The notes: generated by a model from the letters alone, not told the origin. A DNA stretch of 64,000 nucleotides from Defluviitaleaceae bacterium (GCA_009779935.1 WRAX01000001.1:37758-101757), one strand, 5' to 3'. Shown: positions 29,580 through 37,874, counted from the first letter of the stretch. Program-made: numbers and translations.

Positions 29580-30203
29580 TTATGGTGTTATGGTTAAAAT
29601 GCCGCCGCAATGGGAAATTTGCCGGTATGCCCAGCTAAATTGCCCAAGTTTGGGGGTTAGGGTTTCGGTTACCAAGTAAAACTCGTCATCATCCCATTCG
29701 TCGCCACTTTCTGTGCGGCAGGTGTTTTGGGCTTCTTCTGTTTCAAAGGCAATATCGCCGATGATAATTTGCCCGCCCGGGGCAAGCAGTTTTGCCGCAT
29801 CTTGTATTAGATTGATTTTTGCAGCATCATCCAAGTGATGCATGGCGTAGGTGGATATTATAAAGTCAAATTGCAGCCCTTCCAATATTTTTGGCAGGCC
29901 TTTTGTAAAGTCATGTTTAATTAAGGTGGTTTGGGGTATTTTGGATGCGGTTATTGCCAGCATTTCCTCAGAAAAATCTATACCCGTTACTTTGTTGCCG
30001 CCATCTTCTAATTTGGATGCCAAAACCCCTGTGCCAATGCCAATATCAAGCACATTGCAAGGGCTTTTTAACATGATGGTGGTGTAGATTTGTGCCAAAA
30101 TATCTTTATAGCCTGCAAATGGATATTTACCATCATCATCTGTAAGATTTACATCGGCATCATATCCATTTGCCCATAGGTCAAACCCTTTTTCTCCTAA
30201 CAT
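29580..30203 (-). CDS. Class I SAM-dependent methyltransferase
   Basis: VLDIGIGTGVLA motif I. 207 aa. Confidence 0.8.
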   Translation of the reverse strand: MLGEKGFDLWANGYDADVNLTDDDGKYPFAGYKDILAQIYTTIMLKSPCNVLDIGIGTGVLASKLEDGGNKVTGIDFSEEMLAITASKIPQTTLIKHDFTKGLPKILEGLQFDFIISTYAMHHLDDAAKINLIQDAAKLLAPGGQIIIGDIAFETEEAQNTCRTESGDEWDDDEFYLVTETLTPKLGQFSWAYRQISHCGGILTITP

Positions 30204-30251
30204 AATTCCTCTTTCCTCAAAGCCCCACGGAGCTTAGCAGCCACCCGGCCC

Positions 30252-30476
30252 TCACCCATCAGTATTTTTGGGTTCTAAGGCTCTAAAACCGATGTCATTA
30301 ATCTCGTTTTGGATTTCTTTTAGGGATACAACGGCCGGGTCAAATTCCACGGTTACTTTGTTGTTTCTGGTGTTGGCGGTGGCTTCTACCACGCCAAGGT
30401 CTTTTAGTGCGTTCACGACGCTTTGTTCGCAACGGCCTCAAGACATACCTATAACATCAAATGTAATTTTTTGCAT
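30252..30476 (-). CDS. CopZ-like heavy-metal-associated (HMA) domain protein with an in-frame TGA at the first Cys of the metal-binding motif (GMS-U/stop-GRC)
   Basis: MQKITFDVIGMS[TGA]GRCEQSVVNALKDLGVVEATANTRNNKVTVEFDPAVVSLKEIQNEINDIGFRALEPKNTDG. The TGA is at 30440-30438. The same frame stays open to TGA at 30254-30252. The RBS is GAAAGGA. Confidence 0.6.
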
Positions 30477-30507
30477 AATAACCATCCTTTCGTGTGTTTG
30501 TGGGTTT

Positions 30508-30536
30508 AGTATACCACAGCCCACAGGGGTTGGCAA
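30508..30536 (-). promoter_or_regulatory. Promoter of the CopZ-like gene (TTGCCA-17-TATACT) with a CsoR-operator-like spacer
   Basis: -35 at 30536-30531 and -10 at 30513-30508. The spacer ACCCCTGTGGGCTGTGG resembles the csoR promoter spacer TACCCATAGGGGGTATGG. Confidence 0.5.
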
Positions 30537-30547
30537 GCAAAAAATAC

Positions 30548-30576
30548 TTGACAAATGCGGGTTTGTATGGTATATT
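30548..30576 (+). promoter_or_regulatory. Consensus sigma-A promoter (TTGACA-17-TGgTATATT), divergent from the CopZ-like gene
   Basis: -35 at 30548-30553 and -10 at 30571-30576. No plausible protein gene lies downstream on the + strand. Confidence 0.55.
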
Positions 30577-30588
30577 TGGGGTGTATAT

Positions 30589-30659
30589 AGCAGATGCAGC
30601 GAAAATGGCGCATGTGCAAGGTTTTGCCTTGTAAGCAGGTTCAAATCCCGCCAACTGCT
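30589..30659 (+). ncRNA. tRNA-like RNA or degenerate tRNA remnant
   Basis: The acceptor-like pairing AGCAGATG/CAACTGCT matches at 7 of 8 positions. There is a D-like arm (GCG-AAAATGG-CGC), a CAAGG-TTTTG-CCTTG arm, and a T-arm-like GCAGGTTCAAATCCCGC. It is not a canonical cloverleaf. Confidence 0.3.
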
Positions 30660-30740
30660 TGGCTGGAAACCCAGCAATTACCACCTTTTGTTATACCCCC
30701 CCCTTTCTTGCGCCGGCACATACCCCTGTGTTGGCGCATT

Positions 30741-31892
30741 TTATTCACCCTCTTCTTCATTTATGGCGGGCAGGGCAACTATTTCGCTACCGGCAATGCC
30801 TTGCAAATCCCCATACATGCCATACATACTAGCGGACATTTTTTGGATAATTTTTTCCTGCTTTGCCCAGCGTGTGTGGGTTTGTTTTTTCTCCTGTTCC
30901 AGTTGTTTTGCCATTTCGTTGTGGGCTTCCATTAAATAGCTGATACGGTTTGCAAATTCCTGCCCTGTAAGGTAGTTGTACATCATTTCTATTTTTGTGT
31001 CCTTGCCTGCGGCATTGCGGCGGTTGGTAATTGCCACACGTATTATACTATCCCTTAAAAGGGTGGCAAGCATGGTTACATGGCGGGGCTTTACCATCCA
31101 AATGCCCGGGGCAAGCTCCCTAAAATCATCCCCGCCGCCTTCGGTGGGGTTAAATACGATAACGCCGAACTGGGCTTTTTCCTCTGCCATTTGGTCTTTT
31201 AGCTTGCTTGTCCAGCCGTCCTGAAAGTTTTTGGCATTTTTGCATTCCCATAAAATAAGTCCGCAATTGGTCAGGCTGTGGTGGTTAACGGTTTGGCGCA
31301 CATCCGAGCCCCTTTGCCCTTTTTTCACTTCCTCAACAACATCAAGGGGGAAATTGGCATGCAGGTTTTGCTCCACATCCAGCTCCAAAACCTCCCCTTG
31401 CAGTTGCTGGGAGCCTTGCTCGGCCGTTTGTTTGGCGGTTATTAACTGCTCTCTCAATTTACTTATGGTTTCGTCCCGCTCCCGTATTTTCATATGGGAA
31501 TCTTCCATGGCTTTTTTTGCGGCTTCCTCCCTTATGTGGGCGGCTTTTTCCAGCAATTCCTTGCGGGCTGATATTTCTGCATCTTCCTTGGCTTTTTCTG
31601 CTTCCATAAGCTTATCCAGTGCGGCCTTGTATTGTTGGCGAAGTTGCTTTTCCACTTCTTTGGCGTTTTCGGATTGGTAGCGCAATTTGTCCGCTTCCAA
31701 TTGTGCGCCTTGCCTTTCTTTTGCCAAGGCGGCTTCCACGGCCTGCTGTGTCATTTTTTGGGCGGTTTGGTCAAATTCTTTGCGCAATGTTTCTATTTGT
31801 TGGTTTTTTGCCTGCTCTAATTGATGTTGGAAGGCATCGTTTATCTCAAAGGCATTTTGGCATTTGGGGCAGGTTATGCTGGTATTTTGCAT
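30741..31892 (-). CDS. DUF2130-family protein (N-terminal zinc ribbon, long coiled coil, C-terminal nuclease-like domain)
   Basis: 383 aa with CPKCQNAFE at the N-terminus and an E/K/Q-rich coiled coil. The family is assigned from memory. Confidence 0.55.
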   Translation of the reverse strand: MQNTSITCPKCQNAFEINDAFQHQLEQAKNQQIETLRKEFDQTAQKMTQQAVEAALAKERQGAQLEADKLRYQSENAKEVEKQLRQQYKAALDKLMEAEKAKEDAEISARKELLEKAAHIREEAAKKAMEDSHMKIRERDETISKLREQLITAKQTAEQGSQQLQGEVLELDVEQNLHANFPLDVVEEVKKGQRGSDVRQTVNHHSLTNCGLILWECKNAKNFQDGWTSKLKDQMAEEKAQFGVIVFNPTEGGGDDFRELAPGIWMVKPRHVTMLATLLRDSIIRVAITNRRNAAGKDTKIEMMYNYLTGQEFANRISYLMEAHNEMAKQLEQEKKQTHTRWAKQEKIIQKMSASMYGMYGDLQGIAGSEIVALPAINEEEGE

Positions 31893-31898
31893 TTCGTT

Positions 31899-33422
31899 TT
31901 ACCTCCAATATTTCCTGTCCAGCGCACGGCATTGGACGGCTTCTGCAATATGGCTTTGGTTGATATCCGGGGCATTATCAAGGTCTGCAATTGTTCTTGC
32001 TAATTTTAGAATTTTGTGATAACCCCTTGCGGACAAGTCCATGGCATCATAAACCCGTTTTAACAGGACTTTGCCCTCCTCATCCAGCTGGCAATATTTA
32101 TCAATAAGCCCACCCGATAATTGTGCGTTGCTGTAAATTTTTTCGCCTGCATAGCGTTTGCGCTGTATTTCCTGCGCCCGCTCCACATGTGCTTTAATTT
32201 CTGCACTGGTTTCCTGTTTGCCGCCGCTAAAATCCTCATAATTAACCCTGGATGCTTCCACGTGTATGTCAATTCTGTCCAGCAGGGGGCCTGATATTTT
32301 GTCCAGATACTTGCTTACATTGCGCTCGGTGCAGCTGCATTTATCCCCTTCACCAAAATAGCCGCATGGGCAGGGGTTCATACTAGCAACCAGCACAAAA
32401 TTACAGGGATATGTAATAGTGGAATTTACACGGGAAATGGTGACATTGCCATCCTCCATGGGTTGGCGCAGGGCTTCTAGTACATTGCGGGCAAACTCCG
32501 GCAATTCATCTAAAAACAGCACACCGTTGTGGGCCAGGGAAACCTCCCCCGGCCGGGGCACTTTACCGCCGCCAACCAATGCAGAGTAAGAAATTGTGTG
32601 GTGGGGACTGCGAAAAGGCCGGGAGTCAATCAGCTGCCCTTTGTCCTGTATAAGCCCTGCTACAGAGTATATTTTGGTAACATCCAAACTTTGCTCGAAT
32701 GCCAGGCTGCCCAAAATCCCGGGCATGCGCCTTGCCATCATGGTTTTGCCGCTGCCGGGCGGCCCAATAAGCAAAATATTATGCCCGCCCGCCGCCGAAA
32801 TTTTTAATGCCCGCTTTACCCCTTCCTGCCCATGCACATCGGCAAAGTCCAGTGGGGTTTCGCCCTCATTAAAGCCGGCTTCTTTGTGGCTTGGTTTATA
32901 TTCGGGCAACAGCTTACCCTTAAAATGCTGTATAAGTTGCCCAAGATTTTCGGGGGCGATAATACGTGCACCATCCACCAAAGCCGCTTCACGGGCATTA
33001 TCCGGGGGCACGATGCAAATGCAGTTGCCGCCCGCCACAGCGGAATGTACCATGGGCAACACCCCATGGATGGGGCGCAACTGGCCATCCAGCGACAGCT
33101 CTCCCGCCACAAAAACCCCATGCAGTGCATTGGCGGGCAACATGCCGGCGGATACCAAAATGCCAAGGGCAATGGGCAAATCATAGGCGGGCCCTTCTTT
33201 ACGTATATCGGCAGGGGCAAGGTTTATGGTAAAACGCTTGGGCGGCATAGCCATCCCAGAATTGCGCAGGGCGGTACGCACCCTCTCCTTACTCTCTTTC
33301 ACCGCCGAATCGGGCAAGCCAACAATGTCCACGGCAGGCATGCCGCCCACCATATCCACTTCCACCTCAATTTTAATGCCATCTACGCCGTGCAATGCAC
33401 CGGATAGGATTTTAGCAACCAA
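31899..33422 (-). CDS. comM: YifB/ComM-family Mg-chelatase-like ATPase
   Basis: 507 aa with a Lon-like N-terminal domain (DIVGLPDSAVKESKERV), Walker A GPPGSGKT and the C-terminal ChlI region. Confidence 0.92.
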   Translation of the reverse strand: MVAKILSGALHGVDGIKIEVEVDMVGGMPAVDIVGLPDSAVKESKERVRTALRNSGMAMPPKRFTINLAPADIRKEGPAYDLPIALGILVSAGMLPANALHGVFVAGELSLDGQLRPIHGVLPMVHSAVAGGNCICIVPPDNAREAALVDGARIIAPENLGQLIQHFKGKLLPEYKPSHKEAGFNEGETPLDFADVHGQEGVKRALKISAAGGHNILLIGPPGSGKTMMARRMPGILGSLAFEQSLDVTKIYSVAGLIQDKGQLIDSRPFRSPHHTISYSALVGGGKVPRPGEVSLAHNGVLFLDELPEFARNVLEALRQPMEDGNVTISRVNSTITYPCNFVLVASMNPCPCGYFGEGDKCSCTERNVSKYLDKISGPLLDRIDIHVEASRVNYEDFSGGKQETSAEIKAHVERAQEIQRKRYAGEKIYSNAQLSGGLIDKYCQLDEEGKVLLKRVYDAMDLSARGYHKILKLARTIADLDNAPDINQSHIAEAVQCRALDRKYWR

Positions 33423-33464
33423 AATACCACCTCATCTAAAAAGGCGGCACTTTAGCCGCCAACA

Positions 33465-33845
33465 TTATTTTTTGTCACGTTCTACAAAGCGGTCGTACAC
33501 CCTTCCCAGCAATGTTGTGACAACAATCGTTGCCAAAGCTATTGTTGCAGGTTGTACAAGCGACCTAAGTGCATATGAGTAAAGGATGACCACGTCCCAC
33601 AACCCGGCTTCGCCCGGGATTTCCATATCCGCCATAGGGAATACGCCAAAAACAACTATAAAAGCAGTCACTCCAAAGAAAACAGCAGAGAACCTTATGG
33701 CTCTACGTACAAATATCCTCCCATTGCTTGCATCAATCTTTTCTCGGGCTTGCAATCTTGCGTCAAGGTCTTTGTCCCAATCCTTATTGCCAACGTCCGC
33801 CTGTATCTCCTTAATACTTTTTGTATTAATCCTCTTCCTGCTCAT
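33465..33845 (-). CDS. Small two-TM membrane protein, candidate toxin partner of the upstream Panacea-domain gene
   Basis: 126 aa with two hydrophobic helices. Its start overlaps the upstream gene by 20 nt. Confidence 0.45.
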   Translation of the reverse strand: MSRKRINTKSIKEIQADVGNKDWDKDLDARLQAREKIDASNGRIFVRRAIRFSAVFFGVTAFIVVFGVFPMADMEIPGEAGLWDVVILYSYALRSLVQPATIALATIVVTTLLGRVYDRFVERDKK

Positions 33846-34266
33846 CCACTAAAATCCTCTCAAAATCTGATCTTATTGCTTTGTCATCCATTGTGCCCAG
33901 CATTTTTTTGCTCCATTGCTTTTCCCAAGCCCCGCCAAGCATATGCGTCCAAAGCACAAGTTCGCTTGCTTTCCAATCTCCAAAATTATCCAGTGTTTCA
34001 TCCACAATATGTTCTAATTCTGAAAAATCTTCAAGTGGAAGACCTTCCAAATTATTGCTTGACTTTTGCTTTTCGTATACATCAACAAAAACGGGCCCAT
34101 ATTGCCACGCTTTGGGTTTTTCATTAAAAAGCCGTTTTTCATAAGCGGCGAGATAAAATCCGTAGCAAACATATAGCCATTTCTGAATCTGGGTCACATT
34201 TGGGTCGAGCCCTCTTTCGAGCGCCCTATGCCGAAGATACACCGCAAAATCAACACTATTAACCAT
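33826..34266 (-). CDS. DUF4065 (Panacea/SocA-like) domain protein, candidate antitoxin
   Basis: VTQIQKWLYVCYGFYLAAYEKRLFNEKPKAWQYGPVFVDVYEK matches the DUF4065 core pattern. The start at 34266 follows AAGGGGGGG. Confidence 0.7.
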   Translation of the reverse strand: MVNSVDFAVYLRHRALERGLDPNVTQIQKWLYVCYGFYLAAYEKRLFNEKPKAWQYGPVFVDVYEKQKSSNNLEGLPLEDFSELEHIVDETLDNFGDWKASELVLWTHMLGGAWEKQWSKKMLGTMDDKAIRSDFERILVDEQEED

Positions 34267-34460
34267 GGATTTATCCCCCCCTTTTCTTTTTTCGACAAAA
34301 AAGCCATTTCCTTCTAACATTATAATACCACAAATCCAATTTCCGGGCAAGTCCTATTTTCTTCATACACATCACCCCCTATACATAAATTATGCTCAAA
34401 TCCCCCAAAACAAAACAAAGACCCGTTAGGCACAGGTCTTTGTTATAACATTATATCACA

Positions 34461-36119
34461 TTACAAACCAACATTTACTATACTTTTTTTATCGGGCAAA
34501 ATGGAAAACGCCATATTGTTTGCATGGTCACCGCTTCTTTCCAAGTCACCAATCATATCGGTAAATATTGCGCCGCAGCGGGGGTCGCAGGTTTCGGAAA
34601 TAAGTCTTTTTATATGGTTTTCGGTATATTTGCCTGCAAGCTTATCCACTTCATCCTCCAAAGCTTGTATTTGGGGCAACTTGCTTTCGTCCTCATTTTC
34701 ATACACATCTAAAGCCCCATGCACAAGTTCCATGGTTACTTCCCCTATTTTTTTAAGCTCTTCCAAAGCCTCGTCGGAAAACTTTATTTTTTCATTGTCA
34801 ATTAAAATTTCGGTATATTCTGCAATGTTTTCTGCATGGTCGCTAATCCTCTCCACATCCGACAAAAGCCAGAACATTTTGCCAACCTTTTCCGCTTCTG
34901 TTTTGGTAAGGGGCATGCGGTTTATCCAAGCCAACTTAGCGGAAATGTTGTGGTTAAGGTAGTTTACAACCCCTTCGTTTTTATATACCTTTGCCACCTT
35001 ATCCGCATCCTTAGCAAAAAAAGCTTTTAGGGAAAGTTCCAAATTTTCACTGGCAATTTTGCCCATTCGGCACAGCTCCATATGGGCATTAAACACAGCA
35101 ACGGATGGGGTTGCCGCCACCTTGGTGTCTATAAACATAAGCTTTTTTTCGTAGGTTGTATCCAGGTCTTCGCTGGGGTGCTTTGGTAGCACCCGCTCCA
35201 TCAATTTTGCCAATAGGTTGGAGAAGGGCAAAAGCAGAAACAGGGTGGCAAAATTGTATATGGTGTGGAACATGGCAATTTGGCGGGAAGGTTCCGTCCA
35301 AGCGGTTTGGAACCATGCTAAAATATGAGGCACAAAAAAGATAAGTAAACCAAACACCATACTACCAATAATATCAAAGGTTATGTGGAAAATGGCGGCC
35401 CGCTTGCTGGCGCGGTTAGCGGAGATGGATGCAATTATGGTGGTAATGCTGGTGCCCAAATTTGTGCCAAGAATAATAAAAGCCCCCGTTTCAAAGGGGA
35501 TTGGCACACCTTGGGCATACATCATAACTAAAACGCCCGTAGCGGCAGTGGAGCTTTGCACGGCGGCAGTAAAAGCAAAACCGGCCAACAAAGCCAAAAA
35601 GGGATTTTCAAAAGCAACCAAAATACTTTGGAAAACATCCGTCCCACCCATTTCCCGCAGGGGTCCACCCATGGTGGTTATGCCAAAAAACAGTATACCA
35701 AAGCCTAAAATTACATATCCAATATTTTTTACTTTTTTCTTTTTGATGAATAGATACATAACAATGCCAATGAAGATAAACAAAGGGGCATATGCGTCAA
35801 TCCTAAATGTGAAAAGGTGCGCACTTAGGGTTGTGCCCACATTTGCACCCATAATAACGCCGATAGCTTGTGAAAGATTCATCAAGCCCGAATTTACGAA
35901 ACTAACAGTCATAACTGTGGAGGCGGTGGAGCTGTTAAGGCCAATGGTTGCCACAATGCCCACAAAAACCCCTAAAAACCTATTTGTGGTGGCTTTTTGT
36001 AAAAAGCCCTGCAACCTGTCCCCTGCAATGGTTTGCAAACCTGTTGACATAATGCGCATGCCAAATAAAAACAGGCCTAAACCACCCAAAACCAAAATAA
36101 CGCTTGTAAATGCGTCCAT
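34461..36119 (-). CDS. Na/Pi cotransporter family protein with C-terminal PhoU-like repeats
   Basis: 552 aa with multiple TM helices, the NptA-type repeats (GANVGTT / GTNLGTS) and a PhoU-like C-terminus. Confidence 0.88.
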   Translation of the reverse strand: MDAFTSVILVLGGLGLFLFGMRIMSTGLQTIAGDRLQGFLQKATTNRFLGVFVGIVATIGLNSSTASTVMTVSFVNSGLMNLSQAIGVIMGANVGTTLSAHLFTFRIDAYAPLFIFIGIVMYLFIKKKKVKNIGYVILGFGILFFGITTMGGPLREMGGTDVFQSILVAFENPFLALLAGFAFTAAVQSSTAATGVLVMMYAQGVPIPFETGAFIILGTNLGTSITTIIASISANRASKRAAIFHITFDIIGSMVFGLLIFFVPHILAWFQTAWTEPSRQIAMFHTIYNFATLFLLLPFSNLLAKLMERVLPKHPSEDLDTTYEKKLMFIDTKVAATPSVAVFNAHMELCRMGKIASENLELSLKAFFAKDADKVAKVYKNEGVVNYLNHNISAKLAWINRMPLTKTEAEKVGKMFWLLSDVERISDHAENIAEYTEILIDNEKIKFSDEALEELKKIGEVTMELVHGALDVYENEDESKLPQIQALEDEVDKLAGKYTENHIKRLISETCDPRCGAIFTDMIGDLERSGDHANNMAFSILPDKKSIVNVGL

Positions 36120-36298
36120 AATACCGACACCAAATCCTCTCTTGTTTTTTTGAAAAATCGTGTCGAGAACAATGTATCACAGCATCATATATAAGTCAAT
36201 AGTTAATTTTCTTCTTGCATAAAACTGTAATATGTGTTGCAATGGTAAAAAGGCAATCGATTAGCCAGCCACCTCGCTTTTTGATTGCCCCACATTCA

Positions 36299-37060
36299 CT
36301 AATTTGTAATAATGATGTTTATAAGGAGCAGTGCAAGCACACCAACCAAAATAGGCTTGATAATTTTCGGGCCTATTTTTATTGCCAAAGATGAGCCTAT
36401 AATGTTGCCTAAAATACCGAAAACAGCAGCGGGTACTGCCAGTTGAAAAACCACATGCCCACCAATTAGAAAAGTAACCAGCGAGCCCACATTGGATGAT
36501 AAGTTGATGATTTTGGCATTGCCATTGGCCGTAACCAAATCAAAACGCAAAAGGGCGGTAAAAATTAGGATTAAGAAAGTGCCTGTACCGGGCCCAAAAA
36601 AACCATCATAAAAGCCAATGGTAAGAGCCGCCGCCCCTGCGCCAAGTATTATGGTGCTTTTGCGCAAAGTATCTATACGGCTTTCCTTGCCAAAACCTTT
36701 TTTGGTAAGCACCACAATGGCGACAACGGGTATCATCACCATAAGCAAATACCGCAAAAAATCATCCCCCGTAAGCAGGGCAACATATGCCCCAAGGGAC
36801 GAGCCCCCAAGGGCGCACACCACAGAAATGGGAATTGCCTTAATATAAACCTTGCCATTGCGCAAAAAGTTAAAAGCAGAAAATGCCGTGCCAAAGGTGG
36901 ATGAAAATTTGTTGCTGGCAAGGGCGGCGTGCATGGGTATGCCTGTTAAAACATAAGCCGGCAGGGATATTAGCCCGCCGCCGCCCGCTATGGCATCTAT
37001 AAAACCACCCAAAAACACCAGACCACTTACCATAACTATATGTACAATTTCAAATTCCAT
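36299..37060 (-). CDS. TauE/SafE (TSUP) family anion exporter
   Basis: 253 aa with 7-8 TM helices and a G-rich repeat pattern typical of TSUP. Confidence 0.8.
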   Translation of the reverse strand: MEFEIVHIVMVSGLVFLGGFIDAIAGGGGLISLPAYVLTGIPMHAALASNKFSSTFGTAFSAFNFLRNGKVYIKAIPISVVCALGGSSLGAYVALLTGDDFLRYLLMVMIPVVAIVVLTKKGFGKESRIDTLRKSTIILGAGAAALTIGFYDGFFGPGTGTFLILIFTALLRFDLVTANGNAKIINLSSNVGSLVTFLIGGHVVFQLAVPAAVFGILGNIIGSSLAIKIGPKIIKPILVGVLALLLINIIITN

Positions 37061-37143
37061 ACAAGCCTCCCGATTTATGTCGATTACCTTCCTAATTGTA
37101 AGCCCTATCCAAGCTTTTTGTCAAGAACTTTTGCATAAATATC

Positions 37144-37172
37144 TTGACAATGCCCGGCGGTGGCGTTATAAT
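37144..37172 (+). promoter_or_regulatory. Perfect consensus sigma-A promoter (TTGACA-17-TATAAT)
   Basis: -35 at 37144-37149 and -10 at 37167-37172. It is divergent from the TauE promoter (TTGACA 37124-37119, TACAAT 37100-37095). Confidence 0.7.
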
Positions 37173-37178
37173 ATACAC

Positions 37179-37372
37179 ACAACGCCGCAAAATTTTCGGA
37201 TGGCATAAGCGTTTGCAAGCAAACGCAAAAAAGAACACGCTGGGCGGCCACCAACTCGCAAAGTTAAGCCACCCAGCGTGTCTTGAAGGCCATAACAGCC
37301 TAAGTGAAATCTTACCTCACTCAGGCTTATTTGTCAACCACAAATTTTGAGCCGAGAGGAGGATTTTTTTAT
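37179..37372 (+). ncRNA. Structured leader or sRNA of about 190 nt with mutually exclusive antiterminator and terminator helices (unassigned riboswitch/attenuator candidate)
   Basis: Hairpins at 37209-37226, 37235-37281 (14-bp stem, 1 mismatch) and 37297-37327. The segment 37315-37326 can instead pair with 37351-37362, which is followed by T7 (37364-37370). Confidence 0.4.
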
Positions 37373-37429
37373 TATTTTACGTAACTTTGAAGTGATGGGT
37401 TGTATAAAAATACAGGGAGGATGGAGACT

Positions 37430-37801
37430 ATGGGATTTTTTATCTTTCTTATAATTGTAGCTGTCGCAGGCGCAATCATAAGCAAGGTAGTTAACAAGCA
37501 AAAAGAGGACGCTTTAAGAAATGAAATAGTTGGAGAATGGGAAGACGATTATGGGAATATAATCAAGTTTACCCATGGTACATATAGTGGCGGTTTAACC
37601 GACCCACCACATGGCAGTTATACCGTATTAGGTAAGGGAAAAGTCTCTCTTGTACCATCAGGGGCTTCGTATTCAACAGATGGCCCTTCATTTATGACTG
37701 TTTGCTTAGTCCAAATAAATGGAAGCCGTATAGCTCTCGATGTTATGGCTAAAAGCGGGCATCGCAGGGTAGTATGTGTAAGAACCGATAACAATCAATA
37801 A
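37430..37801 (+). CDS. Small membrane-anchored hypothetical protein
   Basis: The start at 37430 follows GGGAGGA. It has an N-terminal TM (FFIFLIIVAVAGAII) and a soluble beta-rich domain. Confidence 0.5.
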   Translation: MGFFIFLIIVAVAGAIISKVVNKQKEDALRNEIVGEWEDDYGNIIKFTHGTYSGGLTDPPHGSYTVLGKGKVSLVPSGASYSTDGPSFMTVCLVQINGSRIALDVMAKSGHRRVVCVRTDNNQ

Positions 37802-37839
37802 TAACTCCAACTCCGCTTTACATAACGAATAGGCAGCAC

Positions 37840-37874
37840 AAAACCCCGCCATTGCACCCATAAGGCGGGGTTTT
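37840..37874. terminator. Bidirectional rho-independent terminator
   Basis: aaaaccccgcc / ggcggggtttt stem between convergent genes. Confidence 0.85.

Noticed and set aside
30589-30659. Idea that the tRNA-like segment is selC (tRNA-Sec) serving the adjacent TGA-containing gene
   Set aside because: I could not build a UCA anticodon loop or a long variable arm. The TTCAAAT sequence is better placed as a T-loop. It is kept only as an unassigned tRNA-like RNA.
30268-30939. 223-aa + strand ORF, and the 79-aa minus ORF at 30438-30677
   Set aside because: The + ORF is antisense to both the CopZ-like gene and DUF2130. The 79-aa ORF is only the read-in to the real MQKITFDVIGMS start and terminates at the in-frame TGA discussed in the findings.
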